Part shown: positions 54,045-63,865 of the stretch, piece after piece
Layout of the letters: the number at the start of each line of letters is the position of its first letter
Position numbering within the stretch: the stretch's first letter is position 1
Assembly (NCBI GenBank): GCA_964016885.1
Contig: OZ024747.1
Location: 42,904,001-42,968,000 of the forward strand
Direction: 5' to 3'
Origin: Eledone cirrhosa
Taxonomy: Eukaryota
DNA: 64,000 nucleotides
Made by a program: the position numbers and the translations under genes
The notes under the pieces: model-generated
What the model was told of the DNA's origin: nothing
What the model saw: the letters and a program-made list of their open reading frames with translations, nothing else
Database searches by the model: none

Positions 54045-54930
54045 ATAAGGAGTAGTGCTTCTAAATCTGGGATAGGGAATAGTGGTTCTAATGCTGGGAT
54101 AGGTAGTAGTGTGTCTAAATCTCAGATAGGGAGTAGTGCTTCTAAATCTGGGATAGGGAATAGTGGTTCTAAATCTGGGATAGGGAGTAGTGGTTCTAAA
54201 TCTGGGATAGGGAGTAGTGATTCTCAATCTGGGATAGAGAGTAGTGCTTCTAAATCTGGGATAGGGAGTAGTGGTTCTAAATCTGGGATAGTGAGTAATG
54301 ATTCTAAATCTGGGACACAGAGTAGTGCTTCTAAATCTGGGATAGGGAGTAGCGATTCTAAATCTGGGATAGAGAGTAGTGATTCTAAATCTGGGATAGG
54401 GAATAGTGTTTCTAAATCTGAGATACGGAGTCCTCGTTCTAAATCTCTGATAGGGAATAGTGTTTCTATATCTGGGATAGGCAGTAGTGATTCTAAATCT
54501 GGTATAGAATGTAGTGCTTCTAAATCTGGGATAGGGAATAGTGGTTCTAAATCTGAGATAGGGAGTAGTGCTTCTAAATCTGGGATAGGGAATAGTGGTT
54601 CTAATGCTGGGATAGGTAGTAGTGTGTCTAAATCTCAGATAGGGAGTAGTGCTTCTAAATCTGGGATAGGGAATAGTGGTTCTAAATCTGGGATAGGGAG
54701 TAGTGGTTCTAAATCTGGGATAGGGAGTAGTGATTCTAAATCTGGGATAGAGAGTAGTGCTTCTAAATCTGGGATAGGGAGTAGTGGTTCTAAATCTGGG
54801 ATAGTGAGTAATGATTCTAAATCTGGGACAGAGAGTAGTGCTTCTAAATCTGGGATAGGGAGTAGCGATTCTAAATCTGGGATAGGGAATAGTGTTTCTA
54901 AATCTGAGATACGGAGTCCTGGTTCTAAAT
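54045..54930 (+). repeat. 513-bp (19-monomer) duplication within the array
   Basis: ATGCTGGGATAGGTAGTAGTGTGTCTAAATCTCAG at 54091 and 54604, followed by the same order of variants. Confidence 0.82.
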
Positions 54931-55964
54931 CTGGGATATGAGTAGTGGTTCTAAATCTGGGATAGGGAATAGTGGTTCTAAATCTGAGATAGGGAGTAGT
55001 AGCACTACTCGCTATCCGATTCTAAATCTGGGATAGAGAATAGTGGTTCTAAATCTGGGATAGGGAGTAGTGCTTCTAAATCTGGGATAGGGAATAGTGG
55101 TTCTAAAGCTGGGATAGGGAGTAGTGGTTCTATATCTGGGATAGGGAGTACTGGTTCTAAATCTGGGATAGGTAGTAGTGGTTCTAAATCTGAGATAGAG
55201 AATAGTGGTTCTAAATCAGGGATAGGGAGTAGTGGTTCTAAATCCGGGATAGGGAATAGTGGTTCTAAATCTGAGATAGGGAGTTTGTGATTCTAAATCT
55301 GGGATAGAGAGTAGTGGTTCTAAATCTCTGATAGGGAGTAGTGGTTCTAAATCTGGGATAGGGAGTCCTGGTTCTAAATCTGGGATAGGGAGTCCTGGTT
55401 CTAAATCTGGGATAGGGAGTCCTGGTTCTAAATCTGTGATGGGGAATAGTGGTTCTAAATCTTGGATAGGGAATAGTGGTTCTAAATCTGGGATAGGTAG
55501 TAGTGGTTCTAAATCTGGAATAGGGAGTACTGGTTCTAAATCTGGGATAGGGAGTACTGCTTCTAAATCTGGGATAGGGAATAGTGGTTCTAAATCTGGG
55601 ATAGGGAATAGTGGTTCTAAATCTTGCATAGGGAGTATTGGTTCTAAATCTGGGATAGGAAGTACTGGTTCTAAATCTGGGATAGGGAGTACTGGTTCTA
55701 AATCTGGGATAGGGTGACTGGTTCTAAATCTGGGATAGGGTGACTTGTTCTAAATCTGGGATAAAGAGTACTGGTTCTAAATCTGGTGTAGGGAGTACTG
55801 GTTCTAAATCTGGGATAGGGAGTACTGGTTCTAAATCTAGGGTAGGGAGTACTGGTTCTAAATCTGGCATAGAGAGTAGTGGTTCTAAATCTGGGATAGG
55901 GTGACTGGTTCTAAATCTGGGATAGGCAGTACTGGTTGTCCCGGATACACACAGTAAAGCATTA

Positions 55965-56195
55965 ATTATAATGATGAGGAGCAGGAGATGTTGATAAGGT
56001 GGAAATGAGGATAAGGCGGAAATGATGATGAAGAAGGGATGATGTTTAAGGATGTTTATAATGATAATCATAAAAATGTCCATGATGAAGATGGCAATAA
56101 TGATAATTGTGATGGCAATAGTGACAATCCTATTGCTGCTGTTGTTGATGATGATGATGGTAGTGAAAATCATTTTAATCTTCATTATCATCATT
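55965..56195 (+). repeat. Degenerate (GAT)n-rich tract
   Basis: Seen directly; it ends in a short (CAT)n. Confidence 0.85.
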
Positions 56196-56429
56196 TAATG
56201 TATGTAATCTAAGCAGAATTTGAACTCAGAAGTATCGATAAGAATTCATAATTTCTTGTGTTCTTTCTTCTCTAGTTAAGAAGAACAACTTTCTAGAATT
56301 AGTTCTTGATAAAAATCTAATGATGGCTGTCTGAGATTATCGGCAGCAGTGGTGCCCCAGCATAAAAGAAATGCCAAATATTACATTTGATAAAACATCT
56401 TTTCTCTTATCAAATCCACCACCACTAAC

Positions 56430-56482
56430 CCACACATACACACATATACATGCATACATATACATTCACATACACATACACA
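56430..56482 (+). repeat. Degenerate (CA)/(CATA)n microsatellite
   Basis: Seen directly. Confidence 0.8.
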
Positions 56483-56574
56483 TGGAAAAACATGTAGAAC
56501 AGAATGTAAGTTTCCAGAAAGTTGACCTAATTTGTGATGTTCATTTATAGTTATCTCTCATGGCTTGTTTTGCT

Positions 56575-56720
56575 GTTGGCTATGGAAAGCTAGAGACAGA
56601 CAAAATGTTTTGTTATATTTGTTCAAGTTCTCTGCACTCCAAGTTCGATTCCATTCAAAGTCAACTTTTCCTTTCAGTCTTTCAAGGCTGATACATAAAG
56701 TAGTCAGTCCAGTAGTGTGG
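56575..56720 (+). mobile_element. Diverged tRNA-derived SINE copy
   Basis: AAGTTCGATTCC (B-box-like, 56641), then AAAGTCAACTTTTCCTTTCAGTCTTTCAAGGCTGATACATAAAGTAGTCAGTCCAGTA, which aligns to the other copies. Confidence 0.6.
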
Positions 56721-56820
56721 ACAATTCTTCCTCTATATTTCTTTCTCACTTTCTGTCTTCTCTGGAAGAAATCAGCTGTATTCAAATGTGGAGAGGGGTT
56801 GGGCTCCAACATGTTTTTAA

Positions 56821-57038
56821 CCCTTTATCATTTACATTACTCTACATTTACTATTGTATTTTTGTGGTAAAGGCTTTACCTCGCATATTTATCTCACATA
56901 ATATCACATCTATGAGATTTTGATATTTATTTTGAGAACAATATCTTAACGTCAGTATGAGTGGCCAGTTATGTCTGGTTTAAACAGAAAGAGGTGAGAG
57001 AATTCTGGCCAGATATGGACTGTTTAAATGCGAAAGAG
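56821..57038. mobile_element. piggyBac-type MITE, copy 1 (TTAA-flanked)
   Basis: TTAA|CCCTTTATCATTTA ... TAAATGCGAAAGAG|TTAA, with TTAA at 56817-56820 and 57039-57042. The whole body is the reverse complement of 59227-59447. Confidence 0.85.
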
Positions 57039-57319
57039 TTAAAATACCTATGAAATGCTGTATGTCACTACAGAAGTTACAGGTTCACGAAAGCAATCAC
57101 TCAAAGCTATTTTTTTTTTCTTTCAGAGTTCCAAAGACAGCCATAACATGTCAGAGCTTTGACTCATTAACAGTTTACCTCACAACCTCCAGAGATAATT
57201 ATTTTTTCCATCAATAAACAGTTGCTGTATTAACCATACTTGCCAATGGTCAGATTAATTTCCTAACTGCATGCCTTGATTAAATTTTAAAACCATTTTA
57301 ATTAATTAAAATCCCCAAA

Positions 57320-57487
57320 TTTGTCCTGTTTCTTTACATTTTGAGTTCAAGTCCTGTTGAGGTCAATTTTGCCTTTCATCCTTCTAAGATCAATGACATA
57401 AAGAACCAAACAGGAACAGGAGTTGATTTAATCCCCTTTGTCCTTTCCCTAAAATTTGCTGGCCTTATGTCAAAATTAGAATCAATT
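57320..57487 (+). mobile_element. tRNA-derived SINE copy
   Basis: GAGTTCAAGTCC (57343), GAGGTCAATTTTGCCTTTCATCCTTC, and tail AATTTGCTGGCCTTATGTCAAAATTAGAA. Confidence 0.78.
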
Positions 57488-57613
57488 TTAATCTCGGAAT
57501 TGTCTTCTTGCTTTCTCATAATTGTTGATGGTGTTTGTTCTTATTGTTCACATTGAGAAAGTTGACACATTCAACATTATCAAAAATTCTTTTATTTCTA
57601 AATTTCTATTTTT

Positions 57614-57692
57614 TGTATGTATGTGAATGTGTGTGTGTGCATGTGTATGTGTGTGTACTTGTGTGTATGTGTGTGTGTCTGTATGTGTGTGT
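57614..57692 (+). repeat. Degenerate (TG)n microsatellite
   Basis: Seen directly. Confidence 0.9.
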
Positions 57693-58059
57693 GAGAGCAT
57701 TATGTGAGTGTAGGAGGAAGCCTTTTGTTTACTTTCCTCAAGGCTGCCACATTAAAAAAAAATATATATATATATTTTTTCATCAAAAAATGCAATAAAT
57801 TATTCTGCTCAAAGCTGACGAGAGGAAACATGCAGTGAAATACAAAGCCATGTCTGAAACATTTTACAGTAAAATCATAAAGAAAAATATCCACTTGAAT
57901 AACTTAAAAACAAACATAAATATAAGAGCAACAAAATGTTTTTTTTTACTGGTAATCCAAAAGAATTGTTTCTATTATGCTGGTATTTCTAAATAATAAA
58001 AAGACTTTTTTATTGGCCACACGGGTCCATACATGTGATACAAAATATTTAGGTGCATA

Positions 58060-58200
58060 CATCATCATCACCATGCTTGCATGGGTTAGACAGGTTGTCA
58101 CATTATGTGGCTAGGCAGGTCAGGTGACTGTGTCTTGTTCATACAGATTTGTGTTAAGCTTGGTTTTCTATGGCTGGATGTCCTTCCTAATGCCAACCAC
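58060..58200 (+). mobile_element. (CAT)n-led dispersed repeat copy
   Basis: CATCATCATCACCATGCTTGCATGGGTTAGAC ... GGATGTCCTTCCTAATGCCAACC. A matching inverted copy lies at 63605-63720. Confidence 0.6.
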
Positions 58201-58335
58201 ATTACAAGGATTCATACAATGCAAATAGAATTAGATCTCTGTTTTATCAACCACAAAGACACATCATGTAATACAAAATATATGGGGCTGTACATATATG
58301 ATAATGGTAGCAAAATACATAATCCTAAGTATTAA

Positions 58336-58523
58336 TGATTTCTAATTTAGGTACAAGGGCTGTAATTTGTTGGGACAAGAAAGTCCATTATATGAATCCC
58401 AGTACTTTACAGGTACATTATTTTATTGACTTCAGCAGGATTTGAACTTGGAACATAAAGAGTTGGAACAAATATTGCTAAGCAGTTGTGCGGCAATCTA
58501 ATGGCTTAGTCAACCCACTCCCC
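58336..58523 (-). mobile_element. tRNA-derived SINE copy with internal deletion
   Basis: The reverse complement reads TGCTTAGCAATATTTG...AAGTTCAAATCCTGCTGAAGTCAATAAAATAATGTACC...CCCTTGTACCTAAATTAGAAATC. The GCCTTTCATCC core is missing. Confidence 0.7.
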
Positions 58524-58758
58524 TATAAACCCCTAAAATAATGATAGCAATCCTTTCTTTATTGGTCACAAAAGTCCATATAATGCAAATTGAATTAGAA
58601 TGGGTTTATAAAATGTAATACAATATATTAAGACAGATTACTACCTTCATCTCTATGGTGAGCATCACATCCTGCCGTTTCTGAAGAGGCCATTTTGTAA
58701 TGCATATAGATGATGCTATCATTCTTGCCAATCACTAATCTCCTATAAAATGTGAATA

Positions 58759-58969
58759 CAGAGTGAGCCAAAAGTCATGCTTATCTATTTTTATTAATAA
58801 AACATTACAAATTAACTCAAAACTATTTTTCTTATTTATCTTTAAATTAAATTTCATAATAGGATCTTGTTTTTATTCAACTTTAATCTGAAAGAAAAAA
58901 AAAATTCTTTTTTTAAATAATAAAAAAATTATGATTTTTTAAATAAGAAGTGATTTTTGGCCCACTCTC
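58759..58969. mobile_element. Tc1/mariner-type MITE, 211 bp, TA-flanked
   Basis: TA|CAGAGTGAGCCAAAAGTCA ... TGATTTTTGGCCCACTCTC|TA; the inverted termini match 16/19 and the interior is AT-rich. Confidence 0.78.
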
Positions 58970-59226
58970 TATTTTAATGGCTTCATTGCCTGACTTCTAA
59001 AGCGCTGAAAGTAAAAAGAATAACTACTACACCCATCACTCACAATCTAATATGACTTGGTAGTAAGTATCTTGCTTCTGCTAAAGGTTTTAGGTGCCAT
59101 GCAGTTGTGAGCAGATACAGACACCCTCTTGACTCTCTCTCCTTTGATCCAGTGGAATAATCATGATATGACCGATAGAAGAAAGGAAGGAGGCCTGCAT
59201 CAGCAATAATCTGGTACTTTCTTTAA

Positions 59227-59447
59227 CCCTTCAGCATTTAAACCGGCTGTATCCAGCCAGAATTCTCTCTCCTCTTTCTGTTCAAACTGGCCATAACTGG
59301 CCACTCAGACTGACGTTAAGGTATTGTTCCCAAAATGAATATCATCAAAATCTTGTAGATTTGATACTATGTGAGATAATTATGTAAAATAAAGCCTTTA
59401 CCACAAAAATACAATAGTATATATAGAGTAATGTCAGTGCTAAAAGG
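59227..59447. mobile_element. piggyBac-type MITE, copy 2 (inverted relative to copy 1)
   Basis: TTAA|CCCTTCAGCATTTA ... GTGCTAAAAGG|TTAA, with TTAA at 59223-59226 and 59448-59451. The internal AAAGCCTTTACCACAAAAATACAATAGTA is the exact reverse complement of a segment of copy 1. Confidence 0.85.
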
Positions 59448-59589
59448 TTAATGATTGTGCAGATCTATGTGTAAACATTATGAATCATTGAGAAACAATT
59501 GCTAAAACAATGGTGACTGAAATACTGATAAGCATTTAACAAAACATCTTTAGTGTTACCCTTTTTACTGTAGTATTTGAGATAAATGG

Positions 59590-59742
59590 AAACTATTTGA
59601 CAGAGTCATTTGAACATTGGATTGAATGCTTTGTGTTATTTATTTCAGCTCTCTGGGCACTGAGTTCAAATTCTGCCTAGGTTAATTTTACATTTTAACC
59701 TTTGAGGTTGATAAATAAAATACCAGTTCAGTACTAGGGTCA
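59590..59742 (+). mobile_element. tRNA-derived SINE copy
   Basis: TGAGTTCAAATTCTGCCTAGGTTAATTTTAC...GAGGTTGATAAATAAAATACCAGTTCAGTACTAGGGTCAAT aligns with the other copies. Confidence 0.72.
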
Positions 59743-60409
59743 ATTCTTTCTCTATATCTCTTTTTCACTTACTCTCTATCACTCTCTTTCTCTCTCCTTC
59801 TCTGGAAGAAATTAGCTGTGTTAAGATCTGGAGAGGGGATAAGTTCTGCGAGAGTTTAATTGCCCAGTCATACCATATATCACACAGGCACCACTAAGGC
59901 TCTATAAGGAGTTACAGATCAATACATACATTTCAGATAAATATATAAAAATGTGAACAATAAAGAAGACTGGCCAATAAAAGTGTTGTAAATGGGTACA
60001 ATTTATTGTGAAATGTCAACCAGTTTCAGCTGGATTTAATCAAACAACCTCATTGTAGTTTAAAGTCAGTTATGTGAATTAAACAGGAAAATAAAATCAA
60101 TGAGATGAAAAGAGTTTCAACGTAGTATTAGATATAATACACCTCTCTAACTGACTTTTTGTAGCCAATTACTGATCTGATATTGATAATCAATATCATA
60201 TTTTGCCTCTCTTTCACATTTTACTATATAATAGATTTTCTTCCAAATTCTGTCAAATGCTAATTACATTGAATTATATTCTCTAATAATACCAATTATC
60301 TCTTAATGATCAGACATTGTAAAATGGAGGATTTAATTCCTTGCGATATTTTTTTATGATTTTGTGTCTTGTCCCTTGAGGGTTCATAAAATTATATAAT
60401 ATTCATGTT

Positions 60410-60470
60410 TCTTTTATTATATTTTACAGATTTCAGTCACTAGACTGTAGCCTTGCTGGAGCACCTCTGC
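60410..60470 (-). mobile_element. SINE 3'-tail fragment
   Basis: The reverse complement is GGTGCTCCAGCAAGGCTACAGTCTAGTGACTGAAA; a related GTGGTGCCCCAGCAT occurs at 56349. Family assignment is from recollection. Confidence 0.4.
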
Positions 60471-60774
60471 CAATTGTGTTTTCTTTTCTTTTCTTCTTTT
60501 AGTAATTATACCAACCCAATTAGTCATTTCAAGCTGGTAATTCTGCTTATTGAATGGTTAATTACTTTTGTGGGGTAAAGGGGTGCAACATAATGCACCC
60601 TTTTACATTGGTATAGACAAAGACACACATTAAATGATGATGATGGTAATATATTTCCTTTCTAAATCAATATATAAACTGTCTTTTTGTAACTGGTAGG
60701 TTGAGAAGTAATATATACTGGTAATTTGTGGTTTTGGTATATAAACTATAGATTCCTCCTCTCCCACAATAGGT

Positions 60775-60840
60775 TATGTATGTATATACATACATATATA
60801 TATATATATATATATTGATGTATGTATGTATGTATATACA
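60775..60840. repeat. (TA)n/(TATG)n microsatellite
   Basis: Seen directly. Confidence 0.9.
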
Positions 60841-60848
60841 TTCGGTTT

Positions 60849-61123
60849 CCTAAATAGAATTTTAGTCTACGACTTCAGTTATACGTGGTTTTGTCTTTGC
60901 GTGCAATTGTTCTCCACGCTCCACATATGATGTATTATCTTCGTTTTCTCCGTTCATTGTCAGAGAACGTCTCCATGAACCACCTAATAGAATATTAGTC
61001 TACGACTTCATTTATGCCATAAACGTGGTTTTGTCTTTGCGTGTAATTGTTTTCACTGCTCCAAATAATGACGTATTATCTTCGTTTATTTCCGTTCTTT
61101 GCCAGGGAACGTTCCACGAACCA
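60849..61123. repeat. Diverged tandem duplication of a 134-141-bp CpG-rich unit
   Basis: 60849-60982 and 60983-61123 share TTAGTCTACGACTTCA, ACGTGGTTTTGTCTTTGCGTG and GTATTATCTTCGTTT. Confidence 0.9.
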
Positions 61124-61263
61124 AAGTATCGTCTTGCTGTCTTCCTTTGGTTGCTACGTTTTTCGAAATATTTACTTCTGCGTTCACAGATTGACTTTTT
61201 TAGTTTCAGAAGATCCCGTTAAGGGTGAAAGCAACAATTCTTTGCTTAAACTTTAATCTGTTA

Positions 61264-61400
<137 letters not shown>

Positions 61401-62308
61401 ATTAATTTGTGTGCATAGCAGTCAGAGAATATGACAAAATTATATCTGTATATAAATGAAATAGAAGTAACCATGACTACATAATTATGTATATAAATTT
61501 ACACATTTTTAGTGTATAATCATGTAAACATGCTAAATATACGTATCTCTCTGTAAAGTGAAAAAAAATTGATCACAATTTTAAACCAGTTTTCAAGCCT
61601 ATTTGGGATTTTATCAGAAGACATGTATATCATGTAAACAACCAAAAGGAAATAGATAGTCGGGCAGCTTATATACTCTTTCACTTATAATAGTATCTTG
61701 AAATGGATGTACAATTATCAATTTATTAGCACTCATATTGGTTGTTAATATATATATTAAGTTGTGTGCTGAACAGCTAAAGTATATGATAAATTTTATA
61801 TGTACAAATATTTCAAACCTTGTAATATCCTTAATTTTTCACTTAGGCAAAGTGACTACCTCTTTGTTTCTTTAATATAAAGACCTGACTTGGTTGAAAT
61901 CCTCTGATAAATGTCTAAAAACAAAAATATGAAATACTTAGAGGATGTCCACATATAAAATCCCATCTCCTCTCTGCATGGAAATATACTTGACCAGACA
62001 TACAAAACTTCATTGTCTTACACTTGCCTTAATTCCCTAAATTGGTCCTAGGCTTATACACACATTATACTGCACTCAAATACAGTTAAATACAATAAGC
62101 TATATAAATAATATACACACAAATAACATAAAACCTTTAACACTACACATATCGCTCTTCATGATAATATGGGTCAAATACAACAACATATAAAAATAAT
62201 ACACACACAAACACAAGTGCACACATAAGTTAAAAAAACATAACATATACTTAACAACACCCTACACCTTAATAAAAACATGCCTTTACTACAATAATCC
62301 ATATAATT

Positions 62309-62355
62309 ATACACATGAAAATACAAACACTATACACATAAAAATACAAACACTA
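62309..62355 (+). repeat. Short 23-bp tandem duplication
   Basis: ATACACATGAAAATACAAACACT followed by ATACACATAAAAATACAAACACT. Confidence 0.8.
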
Positions 62356-62454
62356 CCATATACAGTGTCACTATGACCTATGTCAGAGTAGGCTTTGAAA
62401 CCTTAGGTAGCAAGCAACTGTGTTAGAAATTATTTATGATATATATATATGTAA

Positions 62455-62640
62455 AAGGTAAACAGAAATAACAAAAGTAACAAAACAGATGGCTCAGTAC
62501 ATGGAAGCAATATATTAGTTTAACTCTTGAAATAGCCGGAAGAGAATCTTAACGTTTTGGACAATAGTCCTTCATCAGAAGATAGAGTTAGAAATAGAAG
62601 ATAAATAGAAAGTAAAGAGTGATGATAGAAAGGAACGCAG
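62455..62640 (-). mobile_element. Penelope-like terminal-repeat fragment carrying a degenerate hammerhead motif
   Basis: The reverse complement has a pyrimidine tract, then ATCTT-CTGATGA-A-GGAC-TATT-GTCC-AAAA-CGTT-AAGAT (62583-62546). A homologous inverted copy lies at 63290-63445. Confidence 0.6.
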
Positions 62641-62696
62641 AAAATGAGAAAAAAAAATGGGGAGAAAAAAAACACACGTGCGTACTCAGTTGACCA

Positions 62697-62697
<1 letters not shown>

Positions 62698-62761
<64 letters not shown>
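62698..62761 (+). repeat. (TG)n microsatellite, about 32 units
   Basis: Seen directly. Confidence 0.97.
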
Positions 62762-62763
<2 letters not shown>

Positions 62764-63289
62764 AACAGTTGTCTCCGACATTGCTTAGGCATTGAATATG
62801 TAGTGAATAAGTTTTTCTTTTGTTAAACTTAAATGATCTTAATTGTCTTAATTTATAGAAAGTTTTTATGAAGTTCTTTATAAAACCAGAGATATACAAA
62901 CCTACACTTCACACACAGAGACACACAAATATGCACACACACACACACATGAACACATACATATATATATATATACATACACCTACACACAGAAAGACTT
63001 ATAAGCTTATATAAGAATTTGTTTTAATTTCTCATACAACTAAGACTGACCAATAAATCTCTGGAAGGTGTCCAAGGTCATACAGTCTCCAGAAGCAAAT
63101 GCTGCAGGCTGCAGCAGATTATTGAATAAACTAAATAAATGTTTAAAATATTTCTACTTTAACCTAAGTATCATGAATAAGAAATGGAAGAGGAAGAAGG
63201 ACATTTTGTAGTTTTGATTTTACACTCCTGTGTATAGAGTATTTGGCTTTCTCTCCTATCTACCATTTTCAGGGGTTTTTTTTTGTCTC

Positions 63290-63445
63290 ATCTATCTTAT
63301 TTTTTCTTTTCTCTCTCAAAAATCCTCTCTTTTCTCTCATTCTATCTTCTGGTGAAGGACTAATGTCCAAAATCTTAAGACTATTTTCCAACTATATTGC
63401 ACATTAAATAATATACTACCATTGTATTGTATTGTTCTCCTGTAT
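63290..63445 (+). mobile_element. Second, more decayed copy of the Penelope-like hammerhead-bearing repeat
   Basis: ATCTT-CTGGTGA-A-GGAC-TAAT-GTCC-AAAA-TCTT-AAGAC (63344-63381), followed by TTAAATAATATA, similar to the minus copy. Confidence 0.55.
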
Positions 63446-63604
63446 TAAACTCAGAATGTAAATGGCCATAACCAGCAAAGCATTTTGTCTGACACATTCA
63501 TTCTGTCAATCCACTGCCCTTCAAACATCTGATATATAAAAACACTTCATTTCAAATAGTATCTTTAGAATAGTTACACTGTATCTCTGTGTTGAAATAG
63601 ATGA

Positions 63605-63720
63605 TTAAAATGGTTGATGTCAGGAAGGGCATTTGTAAGATATTGCCTGAAAACATTGTGTCCAACCCATGCTAACATGGAAAATTTGATATAAAAACGA
63701 TGATGATGATGATGATGATA
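63605..63720 (-). mobile_element. (CAT)n-led dispersed repeat copy
   Basis: The reverse complement reads (CAT)n CGTTTT...TTTTCCATGTTAGCATGGGTTGGAC...ATGCCCTTCCTGACATCAACC. Confidence 0.62.
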
Positions 63721-63723
63721 TAT

Positions 63724-63753
63724 GACACAGGCGACACACAGACACAGACACAG

Positions 63754-63784
<31 letters not shown>

Positions 63785-63796
63785 GAGAGAGAGGGA
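63724..63796. repeat. Compound (GACACA)n/(CA)n/(TA)n/(GA)n microsatellite
   Basis: Seen directly. Confidence 0.9.
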
Positions 63797-63865
63797 GGTA
63801 GAACACTGGAAGGTAATATCCATAGTGGTAGAGCACTCAGTCCATGGGACGAGTTATAACTATGT

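Larger units (their letters stand above)
3610..55937 (+). repeat. 27-bp tandem satellite array, about 52.3 kb, consensus TCTAAATCTGGGATAGGGAGTAGTGGT
   Basis: Continuous head-to-tail monomers from GATATAGTGACTGGTTCTAAA (3610) to GGCAGTACTGGTT (55937). Common variants are GGGAATAGT, GGTAGTAGT, GGGAGTACT, 26-bp GGGTGACT units and 28-bp GGTCTCTAAA units. No foreign insertion seen. Confidence 0.99.

Noticed and set aside
4307-55717. Giant Ser/Gly-rich protein (SKSGIGSSG)n, with ORFs up to 735 aa
   Set aside because: The 27-bp monomer is stop-free in this frame by construction. The only one-step stop (AAA to TAA) occurs repeatedly. Frameshifting 26- and 28-bp monomers are common and have been amplified, most variants change the amino acid, and there is no unique N- or C-terminal domain.
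3610-55937. CRISPR-like array (constant ~21 nt plus a variable ~6 nt)
   Set aside because: The variable part is only point variants of AGTAGT, not unique spacers. There are no cas genes and the context is eukaryotic.
3610-55937. True telomeric or interstitial (TTAGGG)n repeat
   Set aside because: The period is 27, not 6; TTAGGG appears only as a rare single variant.
3600-55965. Target-site duplication or TIRs around the array (GTAAAG at both sides; GAT tracts on both flanks)
   Set aside because: The 6-mer is not flush with the right junction, and GAT tracts are common throughout the flanks, so there is no support for the array being transposon cargo.
5023-56194. Minus-strand (PDLEPLLPI)n and (YPRFRTTTP)n ORFs
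   Set aside because: These are the two stop-free antisense frames of the same monomer and break at the same indels.
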